From positions 18,754,368 to 18,818,367 of the forward strand of contig NC_068998.1 of NCBI RefSeq assembly GCF_001194135.2: DNA of 64,000 bases, written 5' to 3'. Shown piece by piece: positions 11,601-24,200 of the stretch (positions are counted from its first letter, which is position 1; every line of letters begins with the position of its first letter). The position numbers and the translations under genes were made by a program. The notes below the pieces were generated by a model. It was not told the origin of the DNA. It was given only the letters and a program-made list of their open reading frames with translations, and searched no databases. The DNA comes from Octopus bimaculoides (lineage: Eukaryota).

Positions 11601-14600
11601 TTCTACGCTTATGCCATTTTACTGGTCTAGAGGTAAAAAACTCTCTGCATCTGTTTTCAACCTCATCCACATTGTAGAACCTCCATCCATGCAGGAAATG
11701 AGCCTTGGCTTGGAAAAGGTGGTAATTTGATTGTGCAAGGTCTGGACTGAAGGTAGGGTGAGGCAGCATTTGCAGCTCTTCAAGTTTACACTTGGTCACA
11801 TTGGCAGTTTGTGCTGGGGCATTGTCCTGTTGTTGGAATGCATGTCTTCAGTAGACCAATGCCAGGTAGTGGGCTTTTAAATCATAATGTACTTGCTGCA
11901 CTTGTTGAGCATAAAGGTTAGCATTCACAGCATAACCTTCAATTCAAAATGCCTGTCTTTGACAAGTTCTGAATTCTGACCAGAACAAAACCACTGATTT
12001 TTCTTATTAAAATTTACGAAAATAGATCCAATTTTCATCCCCAACTTGATACCAAAAATTGGCATTTCGACGATTTGCCAGCAGTTGTTTGCAAACGTTC
12101 ATATCTGGTTATTGGCCATTTCATGAGGAGCTTCTCAACAATGCCTGCTCACAAGGCCAAACTTATGGAGGTGCCAACTAATGATGCTTTGTTAAGGACC
12201 AAGTTCTGCTGACAATGTACGAGTGTTTGTGCTTGGCTATTGTTCAGCCATTTCAAGCAAGGCCTTATCTTCCACAACAGGTTGTCTAGTCAAATGTGGA
12301 GAAAAAGGACTCAGTGTAAGTGCAGCAGCAGAAGAAATTAATGATGTGGAAGGCTCAGGAACTGTCAACAAATGGTTCAGATGTTTCAAGGAATGTGACA
12401 CCAGCCTCATAAACAAACCAAGGTCAGGGTGACTGCTGTCAGGGAAGAAATGAGGAATATTCTTTCAGACTGCACTCGGAATGAAAGTATATTTGATCTT
12501 AATGGTCAGACTATGTAGCAAGATATTGTCGAATGTTATCTGCTCCTAACAATTTTTGAGTCTACACTTTTGGTTCAGAAATGGAAAGAAGAAATTTTGA
12601 AATAGTTATTGTATAGGTGTTGGCATATCTTTGTAGTTAAGAAGATTGCTCTGCAATCTTGTGATTTCACATTCAGTCCTACTGAGCAGCACCATGGGGA
12701 AGTGTCTTTTACTATAGTCCTGGGCTGACAAATGCCTTTTGAGTGAATTTGGTAGATGGAAACTCTGAGAAAGCCTGTCATGTATATATATATATATATA
12801 TATATCTAAATAAAGGAAAGTTCAAAAAGAAATATTTGAAGAATTATAACATTGCTTATTTTACAAACGCTGAAATATTCTGTTCTTGTATTATTAAAAT
12901 ATCATATTCTGTTTTGCACTAGGTATTGAGCACTTTGCTGTCTCTGAAGATTAAGGAAATTGACATTGCTCAAGCCAAAAGCAGGGCTGAAAAGGAAAAA
13001 CATAAACAGAAATTAATGAAAATGTCTCGGCGAGAAAAAAAGGTAATATGTCTTTTACATATGTATTCTAACACTGAACCTTTTGAATTCTGATCTTTGG
13101 AGATATGTGTGTGTTAGCTGTGGACGAGTGTCATTATCATACAAGTGGTGTCTTTTGTTTCCAATCTTCCAGGAATACTTGTCTGGCTATGGGGTAATAT
13201 TACATTACTTGAGAACAGGTGAGTTTTGGTGACAGGAGTGGTATCCAGACATAGGGAAATCTGGCTCTGTCAGCATGAAAAAGTAGATATTAAAACAATG
13301 ATGATATATGTGTACATGTATGTCTATATATAGGTGCAGGTGTGACTGGTAAGAAGCTTGCTTCCCAACCCATATGGTTCCAGGTTCAGTCCCACTGCAC
13401 GGCACCTTGGGAAAGTGTCTTCTACTATAACCTTGGGCCAACCAAAGCCATGTGAGTGGATTTGGTAGATAGAAACTGAAAGAAGCCTGTTGTGTGTATG
13501 TATATATATATATATATATATATATTTATGTGTGTGTGTCTGTATTTGTCCCCCCACTATTGCTTGGCAATTGATGCTGGTGTGTTTATGTCCCCGTAAC
13601 GTGGCGGTTTGACAAAAGAGATTGATAGAATAAGTACTAGGCTTACAAAGAATAAGTCCTGGGGTTGATTTCTTTGATTGAAACCCTTTAAGGTAGTGCT
13701 CCAACATGGCCACAGTCAAATGGCTGAAACATGTAAAAGAATATCTCTCATCATCATCATTTATCTCTTTAGCATTTAAACCGGCCATATCCGGCCAATG
13801 TATTTTACCTGGTTTATGTGAAAACCAGCCGGATTCAGCCTATCACACCTACCTTTCAATATTGTTCTAAAAATATACAACCACATCATCAAAATTTCAA
13901 AGCTACAAAATAATGCATGATTAATTAAAAATAATGTGAATAAGCTGCCATTGCCATGATCAAGGAAAGCTCAACATTTTCCTGCAAAATAGCCAGAAGA
14001 ATCTACTTTTTTTTTTTTTTTTATCATAATGGTATTTAAACTGTGAAAAAATAGTTGTTAACAGACTAACAAAACTTGTTCCCAGAAAAGTCTGCAAGTT
14101 GCGAAGAATCAATAAAACAACACATTCAGTTTTCAATAATTCAAATTTATTCACATACACAAAGCTAACTTTGGCATTCAGGTTCTAATGTATTATAGCT
14201 ATGTGTTAAATTAATGTTATTTCTATTCTACCAGCTTATTCTATTCCATTATCATCTCTTTCACTTCCAATCAAAATTATTCTCTAAATCTACATAATTG
14301 TCCATTACTTCAATCAACAAATGTTTGTAGTTACAACAGGAAAAGATTTGGTGACATAGTTTTTTTTGTGTAGCAATAGACATCCTTTTTGGTAATTGTT
14401 ATCATTGGCGCCATTATCTTTTCATTGGTAATAGTTTTGTTATTTTACAGTGAATAAAAATCATCCTTGTTGACAATTTGTCATCATTGGTATCATCCAT
14501 TATCTCCATTTTACAGCAAAAATTGGTATCCTATTCACTTTCAACACCGAATTCCTGTTAAAATATACTGCCTTTTTTTTTTTATTAATTTTGGTAATAA

Positions 14601-17600
14601 TAAAGAATTTAATAAAATAACCTTATCATTATTAAACTGGAGTTTGGAACATAAATTAATATGAAATTTCTTTGGAAAGTGTTAATTTAGGTTACTTTGA
14701 AATAGAAAGTTTGTATCATAGATCCATGGGTAGTTTTGGGTGGTGGTTTGGTATCAAAAGGGTTGACAGCATCAATCTCATTGAGATGGGGGTAGAGTGC
14801 GGGTTGGAAAGGTCACAGGTACTATTCCTTCCACAAGACCCATCAAGTAAAATATAAGATAATAAACATAGCAACTAAAGGAAGGAAACCAATTGCAGAA
14901 TTATTGAATGTATTGAAAATATCAACTTGTTGATAGTAAGATGATGGTATTGATGCGTTTGGAGGTGTTGATAAAAGCGATGATTTAAAGTTGTATAAAC
15001 ATTTTCTGTTTCAGAGAGAGAAACAAATGGAACGTCTACAAAATGAACTTCTTGAAACCAAAGCTTCAGAAGACAAGAAAAAGAAACTAGAATATGTAAG
15101 ATTCCACTGGAACTGTTTTTCTTAAATCAAAATATATGTGTGTACATTTGTCTTCAAGTGTCTTTGCATTGATGCTACTTGGAAGTGGTGACTTGTTTAT
15201 ATCCCACATAATATGTCCGACACAATTTCATTGTGAGAAGACAAATGGAATAAAAGAAATTACTTGATAATAAGTAAAGATTGGCACCAGGAAGGGCATC
15301 TGGCCATAGAATAATACCTCAGGAAATTTTGTCCAACATGGAAAAACTAACATAAAAACAGTGATGTGTGATGTACATGGAGGAAATCAGCATGAAGGTG
15401 TCAACAAGTAGGTTGATATAGGGAGAGGAAAGATGTGGGTGGCGAGGATAACGAGAGTTGATGGAATGTGGTTAAGAACAAGACTCATTTGTTCATAGGT
15501 TTACTCAATCTGAGCTGACCTGAGGTTAAACAAAAAACATTGAGGTTTAAATCTGGTGTCTATTCTCTGTAGTACTAATTGGGTTATTCTGTTGCACTGG
15601 TAAAATTTGTGCTAATGTGAACTGTATACTTTCATTTTAAGCCTTCTTATTGTTATATAATCTATTTATACACACTCACTGCCTATAATACAATCTTGCT
15701 CAATCTACTGTTTTCCTGATATTGCTTTATATAGACTATGCATTGTATATACTTTGCTTTGTACATAGTATTAGTTGTATATGCTATCTACTTGTATAAG
15801 TTGTCATTTGGTATGTATACCATTTATTTTGTTGTATATACTATCTATTGGTTGCTTATGCTGTCTATAATTTGTAAATATTGTCAATTGAGTATATATA
15901 TCATCTGTTAGTTAGATGCACTGGCTATTATTTGTATATAGCATGTATTGTCTACATGTGTATTCTATCAGTCGCTTGTATATACTGTCTTCGTATTGTA
16001 TATAGTCTCTTACATAGACTATTATGGTCTTTGTTATTCTGTCTTACAGAACACCAGAATAATACAGCATGTTTTTGCAACATACGTCCGTATCTTGAAG
16101 AAATCTCCAGACTCAGCCCTTGTAACAGTTGTTCTTGAAGGATTGACCAAGTGAGTTTATAGTTTGATTTGTATATTGATCCTTTGCTTAATTTAAAAGT
16201 CATTCGCAGTAACACAACGATTAAGTAAATAATGATACATGTAGCATCATACCATTATCTCATTCTTATTTTCATTATTATTTTTCAGTCAAATGTTTAA
16301 CAATACATAATAGTTATATGGTTAAGAAGTTTGCTTCTTAACTGCATGGTTTGGGGTTCAGTCCCACTGTGTGACATTGTGTGCAGTTACCTTGTACTAT
16401 AGCTCCAGCCAACCTATGTCTTGTGAGTGGATTTGGTAGATGTAAACTGAAACACCATTGTGTGTGTGTGTATTTATATACATATATTGTGTCTGGGGAG
16501 AGTCATTCTGTTTTAATGCCTTATTAATTAACACACTCACCAGTTCAATTTTCACTTATTTACTTATTTATTTTTTAAAAAAATTTCCATTGCTTCTTGC
16601 AACCTCTTCAATAGTTGTTAACTCTGTCTGTTATCGAAACTGGATTCTCTTTGTTTTTTTTTTGTGCGCATGTGTATGCATCAGTGTGCATGTATATACA
16701 CATGTATGTATGTATGTATGTATGTGTGTGTATTCATATATGTATTTATGTGTGTGTTTATATGTATGTATTCTACATATTCATGTGTTTGTGTGTTCAT
16801 GTTTGTATGTGTGTATATTTGTGTATGTACATCTGTCAACTGGTGTGTGTATGGGTTTGTGTGACTATGTAAATGCGTTTGTTATGTATGGATGTGTCTC
16901 CATATGTCTCCTCATGTGTTTCAGTCTTTTGTGTATGTGTGTGTGTGCTTGTTTGTTCATATTACCTATGTACCTATCTGTCTACATAGCTATCTGTTTA
17001 CTTACATATCCATTTACCTACTTTTATATATATATATATATACGTCTACATAACAGCCTACTAACAAATCTACCTGTGTATGCATAAAAGAAGTAAAGAC
17101 TGGAATAGGATACAGAGAGTTTGTGACAAAGCAAACAGGGTGAATACATAGTAAAAGGCTGACAGATATCAAGGAGTGATGTTTATAGAGGCCACATAGC
17201 CCATAGAGAACTAACCCAAAGATTTAGGAAAGCTCTGAAGGAGGCCAAACTCAAAATTAAGATCGTTGAAAAGCCAGGGAGCTCCATCAAATTACAATTA
17301 TGTAGGGTGTACCCCTTTGAGAATACCACATGCACCAATGAGAACTGCATGACATGTAAAATTAACCTTATGTAGTCTATAGTATAAAATGCATAGAGGG
17401 TGCTTGTAAAGACAAGAATATGACATACATTGGTGAGATGTCTAGAAACATTGTGGAGAGACTAAATGAACATTTGAAACAATATAATGACAAAAACAGT
17501 CCTCTATATTCTACCAATGTACCAAAGACCAACATAGAAACACACTGGGTTGGTTTGACCTTTGCATTTTATCCAAGCACCTAAAGGACCCAACACTCAC

Positions 17601-18178
17601 ACAAATACAGGAGTGTGTCCTCATGAATGAAATATCCCCAGTACTAAATAGGAGATATATGTAGAAGGTAGTGATACCCCAATAGCCACAGTTTATACAT
17701 ACACAGGTAAATTTGATAGTAGGCTGTTATGTAGACACACACACTGTCTTCTCTTACCCACACTTCCTGTTTTGTCACCACACTTCCTGTTTTGACATCA
17801 CACTTCCTGTTTAACACATAAACTTTCGGCCTTTTGTAAACACAACACCAATCTTAATTACATGCATCCTAATCTTTCTAACAATTATCTACATGGATTA
17901 CCATTGAACTTTAAAAGCTCAAAGACAATATAATGTATTGGTATATTTATTTTTTTATATATTTTTTATATTTTTTATTTTTTTGTAAAAAACATTATTT
18001 TCATTTTCCCTCTTCTTGAAAATTCGCCATGCAATGAAAGCCAGTTAGAAATCCTTTTTAATCCTCCTTATACACATCTATATTAAAATATGCTTTCAGT
18101 TTAGCATTCTGCCTTATTATTATTATTTTTTATTTTCCTATTATTTCTCCACATGCTGTTAACATATTTACTGACTTA

Positions 18179-18210
<32 letters not shown>

Positions 18211-21200
18211 CAGAGCTGGGTGCAAGTTCATTAATTCGTTAATTAATGAAGTTAACATTTTCGTTAACAATTTAACTTTTAAGTTAACTTTGAGAATCAT
18301 TATCGGGCTAATTAACTTCCGTTAACTCAAGTCTGTTAACGCAAAAATTTCATAAAAACCAGTAAATGTTTAAAAGTTTCTATTGTTTTCAGATTGTCTT
18401 AGCATATTTAATATTGTACATGTCATTCTTTCAACCCTGATATAACGCCACTTGTAGGACCTTGTTTGGCCCTGCCTGGATTTGAAAGACAACAGGAAAT
18501 TTCTTTGTCCTGTCAAGAGGAAACAGTAGTTGGTGTCTTTCCACTTGATCCGTGACCTTGCTGAGGTGGATGTTAACAGAGAAAATATTGACTTCCATAA
18601 AGTGGAAAAAATAAATGGAAAGTAAAAAGTTGCTAAATATTTCAGTGTAAATGCAAATATCTGTTACATGGTAGCAGGGCATGCTAGAAAAGCAGTCAAG
18701 AAAAGGAAAGATTTGACTGCTTTTCTAGCATGCCTTGCTACCACGTAACAGATATTTGCATTTACACTGAAATATTTACACACACAAGGACACATATAGA
18801 GACACATCCATACATAACAGACACAGGTATATAGTCATGCAAATCCAAACACATAGACACACTCAAACGTACACACACAAGGAGAGAGAGAGAGGTACAA
18901 ACACACACACATGCATGCATACATACATACATGTATACACTTGCACACTGACGCACAAACAAAAAGAACACAGCTCCAATAACAGACAGTCAACAACTAT
19001 TGAAGAGGTTGCAAGAAGCAATGAAAATTTTAGAAAAAAAAAATGAGACAAAATCGAACTGTTGAATGTTAATTAATGAGGCATTAAAACAGAATGACTC
19101 TCCTCAGACACAATAAAATATGCTTCAACACATGAATTCGCATAAAGAATCTTGCAAACTAAATACAAAAACGAAATATATATGTGTGTGTGTGTGTGTT
19201 TGTATCTCTTTGTTTTGACATCACATAATGGTTGTAAATGAATGTCACTGCCTTACAAGCAGTGTCATTCATTTCTGATATTCTGCAAAACCATGTCTGG
19301 CCATTGGGGATGTATTACCTTGCTTGGAACCAGGTGAGTGTTGGCAACAGGAAGGGTGCCCAGCCATAGAAAAACTGCCTCGACAAATTCCATTTGATCC
19401 GTGCAAGCATGGAAAAGTGGATGTTAAGTTATGATGAATAGATATGTCAGCAAATATAAAATCAAACAAATGTGGGTGTTGAATATTTAGTAGATGATTT
19501 ACCCGTGTTTACTTGTTAATTGTTGGCTTTATTCTTTTTTTCATTTTTTTTTTCCAGATTTGCTCATTTTGTGAACATTGATTATTTTGAAGACCTTTTC
19601 AGCACACTGAAAAATATGATTGCAAGCCAGGTGAGTTTTTAAGTTCCGATGTTAGCAATTTAACCCTTTTGATACTAAGGCAGCTGTAATTGGCTGAGAA
19701 TTTTATTGGCAAATATTTCCATCCTGCCTGAAAATGGCTGAAATAACCTAGTCATATTAAAGTGAGAATTTCTGCACAAATCCCCTGAGTACACCCGTGG
19801 AAACAGAATTCTTAAAGTATGGAATAAACTACCCACATCAGTTGTTAACTGTCAGGGCACTGCATCCTTCAAAAATTCCATGCTTCCTAAATTTCACCAA
19901 CACTATTCCTGATGTGCCTATGCACCCTTTCCTCTTTATGTCTCTCTTAATGTTCATTTTCCTATCTTATGTGTTTTTTTTATTCTGTGTCCTGTGTATG
20001 TACTTCTATCTTTCACTGCTGTCTATTTTACTTGACTCACATGTCTGCTTTCTGTACACTCTTTTGACTTTTCTGACAAATTGCAGTGCATCTGAGCACT
20101 GAATATAATAAACTCATTATTATGTACTGCCTTTATTTCAATCTGTGGAGGTGCAATGGCCTAGTGGTTAGGGCAGCGGACTCGCGGTTTCGATTCCCAG
20201 ACCGGGCGTTGTGAGTGTTTATTGAGCGAAAACACCTAAAGCTCCACGAGGCTCCGGCAGGGGATGGTGGCGAACCCTGCTGTACTCTTCCACCACAACT
20301 TTCTCTCTTACTTCCTGTTTCTGTTGTGCCTGGAATTCAAAGGATCAGCCTTGTCACACTGTTTGACGCTGAATATCCCCGAGAACTACGTTAAGGGTAC
20401 ATGTGTCTGTGGAATGCTCAGCCACTTGCACGTTAATTTCACGAGCAGGCTGTTCCATTGATCGGATCAACTGGAACCCTCTGTGTCATAAGCGACGGAG
20501 TGCCAACAACAACTGTGTACGTACTTCTACTTTTCACTACTGTCTTTTTTTACTTGACTGACATGTCTGCTTTCTGTACACTCTTTTGACTTTTCTGACA
20601 AGTTGCAGTGCATCTGAGCACTGAATAAAATAAACTCATTATTATGAACTGCTTTTATTTCAATCAGTTTGGAAAATAATGAAGAATTTAGGAAAAAAAC
20701 CTTTGTTATTAAGCTGGTTTTTAGAACGTAAATTAACAAAAAATTTTGATGGAAGGTTTTAATTTAGATCACTTTAAAACAGGAAGTTTTCATCTTAGAA
20801 CCAAGGGTAGTCTAAGGCAGGTTAGTATCAAAAAGGTTAAAGGCATCAATCTTCAAAAGTCCACATCAACACCCCCCACCCTCACTCTCTCTCAAGAAAT
20901 GATATTTAAAAAAAATGTCTGTATGGCTGGACTGACAAACATCAGTATGGTCCCATAGCATGCATTATGCACTATGTCCTTGTATAAAAAGCCTTACACT
21001 AGCCTGGCTGATAACTGCATGACCTCACTTTGTGACTGAGTCTCTTGAGTAACAATAACCAGTTGATAATGTTAAATAGAGGATATAACAATATTGTGAG
21101 TGTTTGGAATCTATCAATTTTAATAGCAGTAACTGTTAGTTAACATTATCTTTGATTATAATAAGCAACCTCTACCTTCCACTATCATCATCATCGTAGT

Positions 21201-24200
21201 TTAACGTCCGCTTTCCATGCTAGCATGGGTTGGACGATTTGACTGAGGACTGGTGAACCAAGTGGCTACACCAGGCTCCAATCTGATTTGGCAGAGTTTC
21301 TACAGCTGGATGCCCTTCCTAACGCCAATATATATATATATATAGTCAACAGATGAGATCTAGAGATGCTCAGTATAGAAAATATTTAGTAGAACTTATG
21401 CTCCAAAATCTTTACCAAGTGCAAGAGGAACCCAGGTGAGCAGATATGGAGATAATGATTCAAATAAACAAATAAAACTGCTTGCGCTAGATTTATGCAA
21501 TACACATACATATATACCTGTAAATAGAGAGAGACAAGGACTGAAAATGTTCAGACGATGAACATTCGTGTATAAATATGTTGATATTTATATATTAACA
21601 AAGCAGAAAGCTGAGGTGTGTATAAATCTGTTCTGTTAATATATAAATACCTACATATTTATACATGAATGTTCATAATCTGAATATTTTCAGTCTTTGC
21701 ATCTCTCTATTAACATGTATATTGTATAAATCTAGCCCAAGCAGTTTTATTTGCTTACTTGGATCATTGTCTGTCTGTCTGTCTGTCAGTCAATCATGCT
21801 AGTTATGTTGGTTTTTTCAAAAATTGGTTGGTTAATATTTGTAATTTTTTCTCTCTTCCAGAGCTTGACCTTGCAGCAGACTATACAATGCACCTTAACT
21901 GCTTTTATGATACTTTCTGGACAAGGCAATGTTTTAAACATCGATCCTGTGCATTTCTACAAATATTTCTACCACAGAATGATATCACTAAATGCAGGTA
22001 AGAAGACATAACAGAAAACAAACACAATATTCTTGTCTATTAATGTGCTGGATTATCTGAATGAGTAAAGCACCAGTGAAAATGTCAAAGAGTATTTAGT
22101 TACATTGCTTTATGTTCTGAGTACAAATCCTGCTGTGATTGACTTTTCATGCTTCAAAGGTTAAAATAATTTCTCAAGAAGACCCATCCACCACAGCATA
22201 CCCAAGAAGACCCATCCACCACAGCATACCCAAGAAGACCTGCCCACCACAACATACCCAAGAAGACCTGTCCACCATGACATACCGAAGAAGACCCACC
22301 CACCACAGCATACCCAAGAAGACCTGCCCACCACAACATACCCAAGAAGACCCACCCACCACAGCATACCCAAGAAGACCCGCCCACCACAACATACCCN
22401 NNNNNNNNNNNNNNNNNNNNNNNNNNNNNNNNNNNNNNNNNNNNNNNNNNNNNNNNNNNNNNNNNNNNNNNNNNNNNNNNNNNNNNNNNNNNNNNNNNNN
22501 NNNNNNNNNNNNNNNNNNNNNNNNNNNNNNNNNNNNNNNNNNNNNNNNNNNNNNNNNNNNNNNNNNNNNNNNNNNNNNNNNNNNNNNNNNNNNNNNNNNN
22601 NNNNNNNNNNNNNNNNNNNNNNNNNNNNNNNNNNNNNNNNNNNNNNNNNNNNNNNNNNNNNNNNTCCACCACAGCATACCCAAGAAGACCTGCCCACCAC
22701 AACATACCCAAGAAGATCCACTCACCACAACATACCCAAGAAGACCCACCCACCACAGCATACCCAAGAAAACCCATCGACCATAACATACTCAAGAAGA
22801 TCTGCCTACCACAGCATTCTCAAAAAGACCCACCTACCACAACAAAATTGAGATCCTAAAATCAAGATACCCTGTAAAAAGCATTGGTGTGGTTGTTGAT
22901 AGCACGTAACAAGCACCTAGTACACTTTATAAAGTGGTTGGTGTTAAGAAGGGCTTCCAGCTATAGAAACCATGCCAAAACAGACTATGAAACCTGGTGT
23001 AGACCCTGGCCTTGCCAGTTCTTGTCAAGCCATCCAACCCATACCAGCATGGAAAATGGGTGTTAAATGTTGATGATGAGTACTGCTGTTGAATAAATTG
23101 ACAATACTACTGCTCCAAATATAATGATTGTGTGCCTAGGAGGTGGTTGACGTGTAACCTAAGCCCTGTCATACCAAATGTGCATTTATTCCATGACTAC
23201 AGATTTCTGTAGAATACTCTAATGGATACATACAGTAGACAGGTGTTGCAAACGTAGCAATAACTAAACTATGTATCAACTGTAGCATTGTAAAATAGAC
23301 CAGTCATTTATTTGTGTTTGTAAAGTATTTGGTACACAAGTTAAGAGAACATGACAACCTCTCTAGTTTTGGTGCCACAATAAAATGCTCCCAGTACACT
23401 CTGTAAAGAGATTGGTGTTAGGCAAGGCATCGAATTACAGAAGAAACTATGCCTAATTATTTGACTAGGAAGGCAATAGCTCTGAATAAGAACTGCTCTA
23501 AGCATCATGAGATGTCTCATCTATGTTAACATGGAAAATGGATGTAAAATAATGGTGATGATGATGATAGGTCCAGTTCCTTTGTCACTATAGCTTGAAG
23601 AGGGTTAGGCTCTGACCAGTTGAGTCGCTGTTCCTGAAATATACTAAATGAAAAGGAAAATTTAATGGTACCTCTCTGACCTGAATAGATTAAGAGAGTT
23701 CTAACAGTTATAGGATTAAAATAATTAGTGTACATTCTTTGATTCTCAACTTCAAAATATTCTTTAAATTAATCATAATCAAGTATTAATTTGTGCTTTT
23801 AATGTTTTTTTTTTTTTTCTTCAATTAATAGCTTTATGTCAAATTTATTATTTATATTGGCCGTTGCCAGTACCGCCTGACTGGCCTTCGTGCCGGTGGC
23901 ACATAAAAGCACCCACTACACTCTCTGAGTGGTTGGCGTTAGGAAGGGCATCCAGCTGTAGAAACTCTGCCAAATCAGACTGGAGCCTGGTGTAGCCATC
24001 TGGTTTCACCAGTCCTCAGTCAAATCGTCCAACCCATGCTAGCATGGAAAGCGGACGTTAAACGATGATGATGATGATGATGTTCTCTAGTCCTTGGTTG
24101 ACTCTGAACATGCAGACCTATAATCAAAGACCTAGTCACGACTGTCCTCATGTTCTATATTTAAGATTAGATTGTCAAACACGTCTTCTTTTGAAGTTGT

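Larger units (their letters stand above)
16485..19115. repeat. Long inverted repeat pair (~16485-16920 and ~18780-19115) within NOC3L intron 12
   Basis: TATTGTGTCTG.GGAGAGTCATTCTGTTTTAATGCC and CATTGCTTCTTGCAACCTCTTCAATAGTTGTT occur in opposite orientations. Confidence 0.85.

Noticed and set aside
16458-17087. 209-aa and overlapping ORFs rich in C/V/Y/M
   Set aside because: Translations of (TG)n/(TATG)n low-complexity DNA; the same applies to ORFs at 29256-29548, 43546-43826, 57950-58550 and 61997-62479.
20146-20215. tRNA-like sequences (also 32958, 51540-51605, 63377)
   Set aside because: A/B boxes are present but they run into shared SINE bodies without a proper acceptor stem; these are SINE heads, not tRNA genes.
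22139-22795. Long ORFs on both strands
   Set aside because: Produced by the 28-bp minisatellite plus an N gap.
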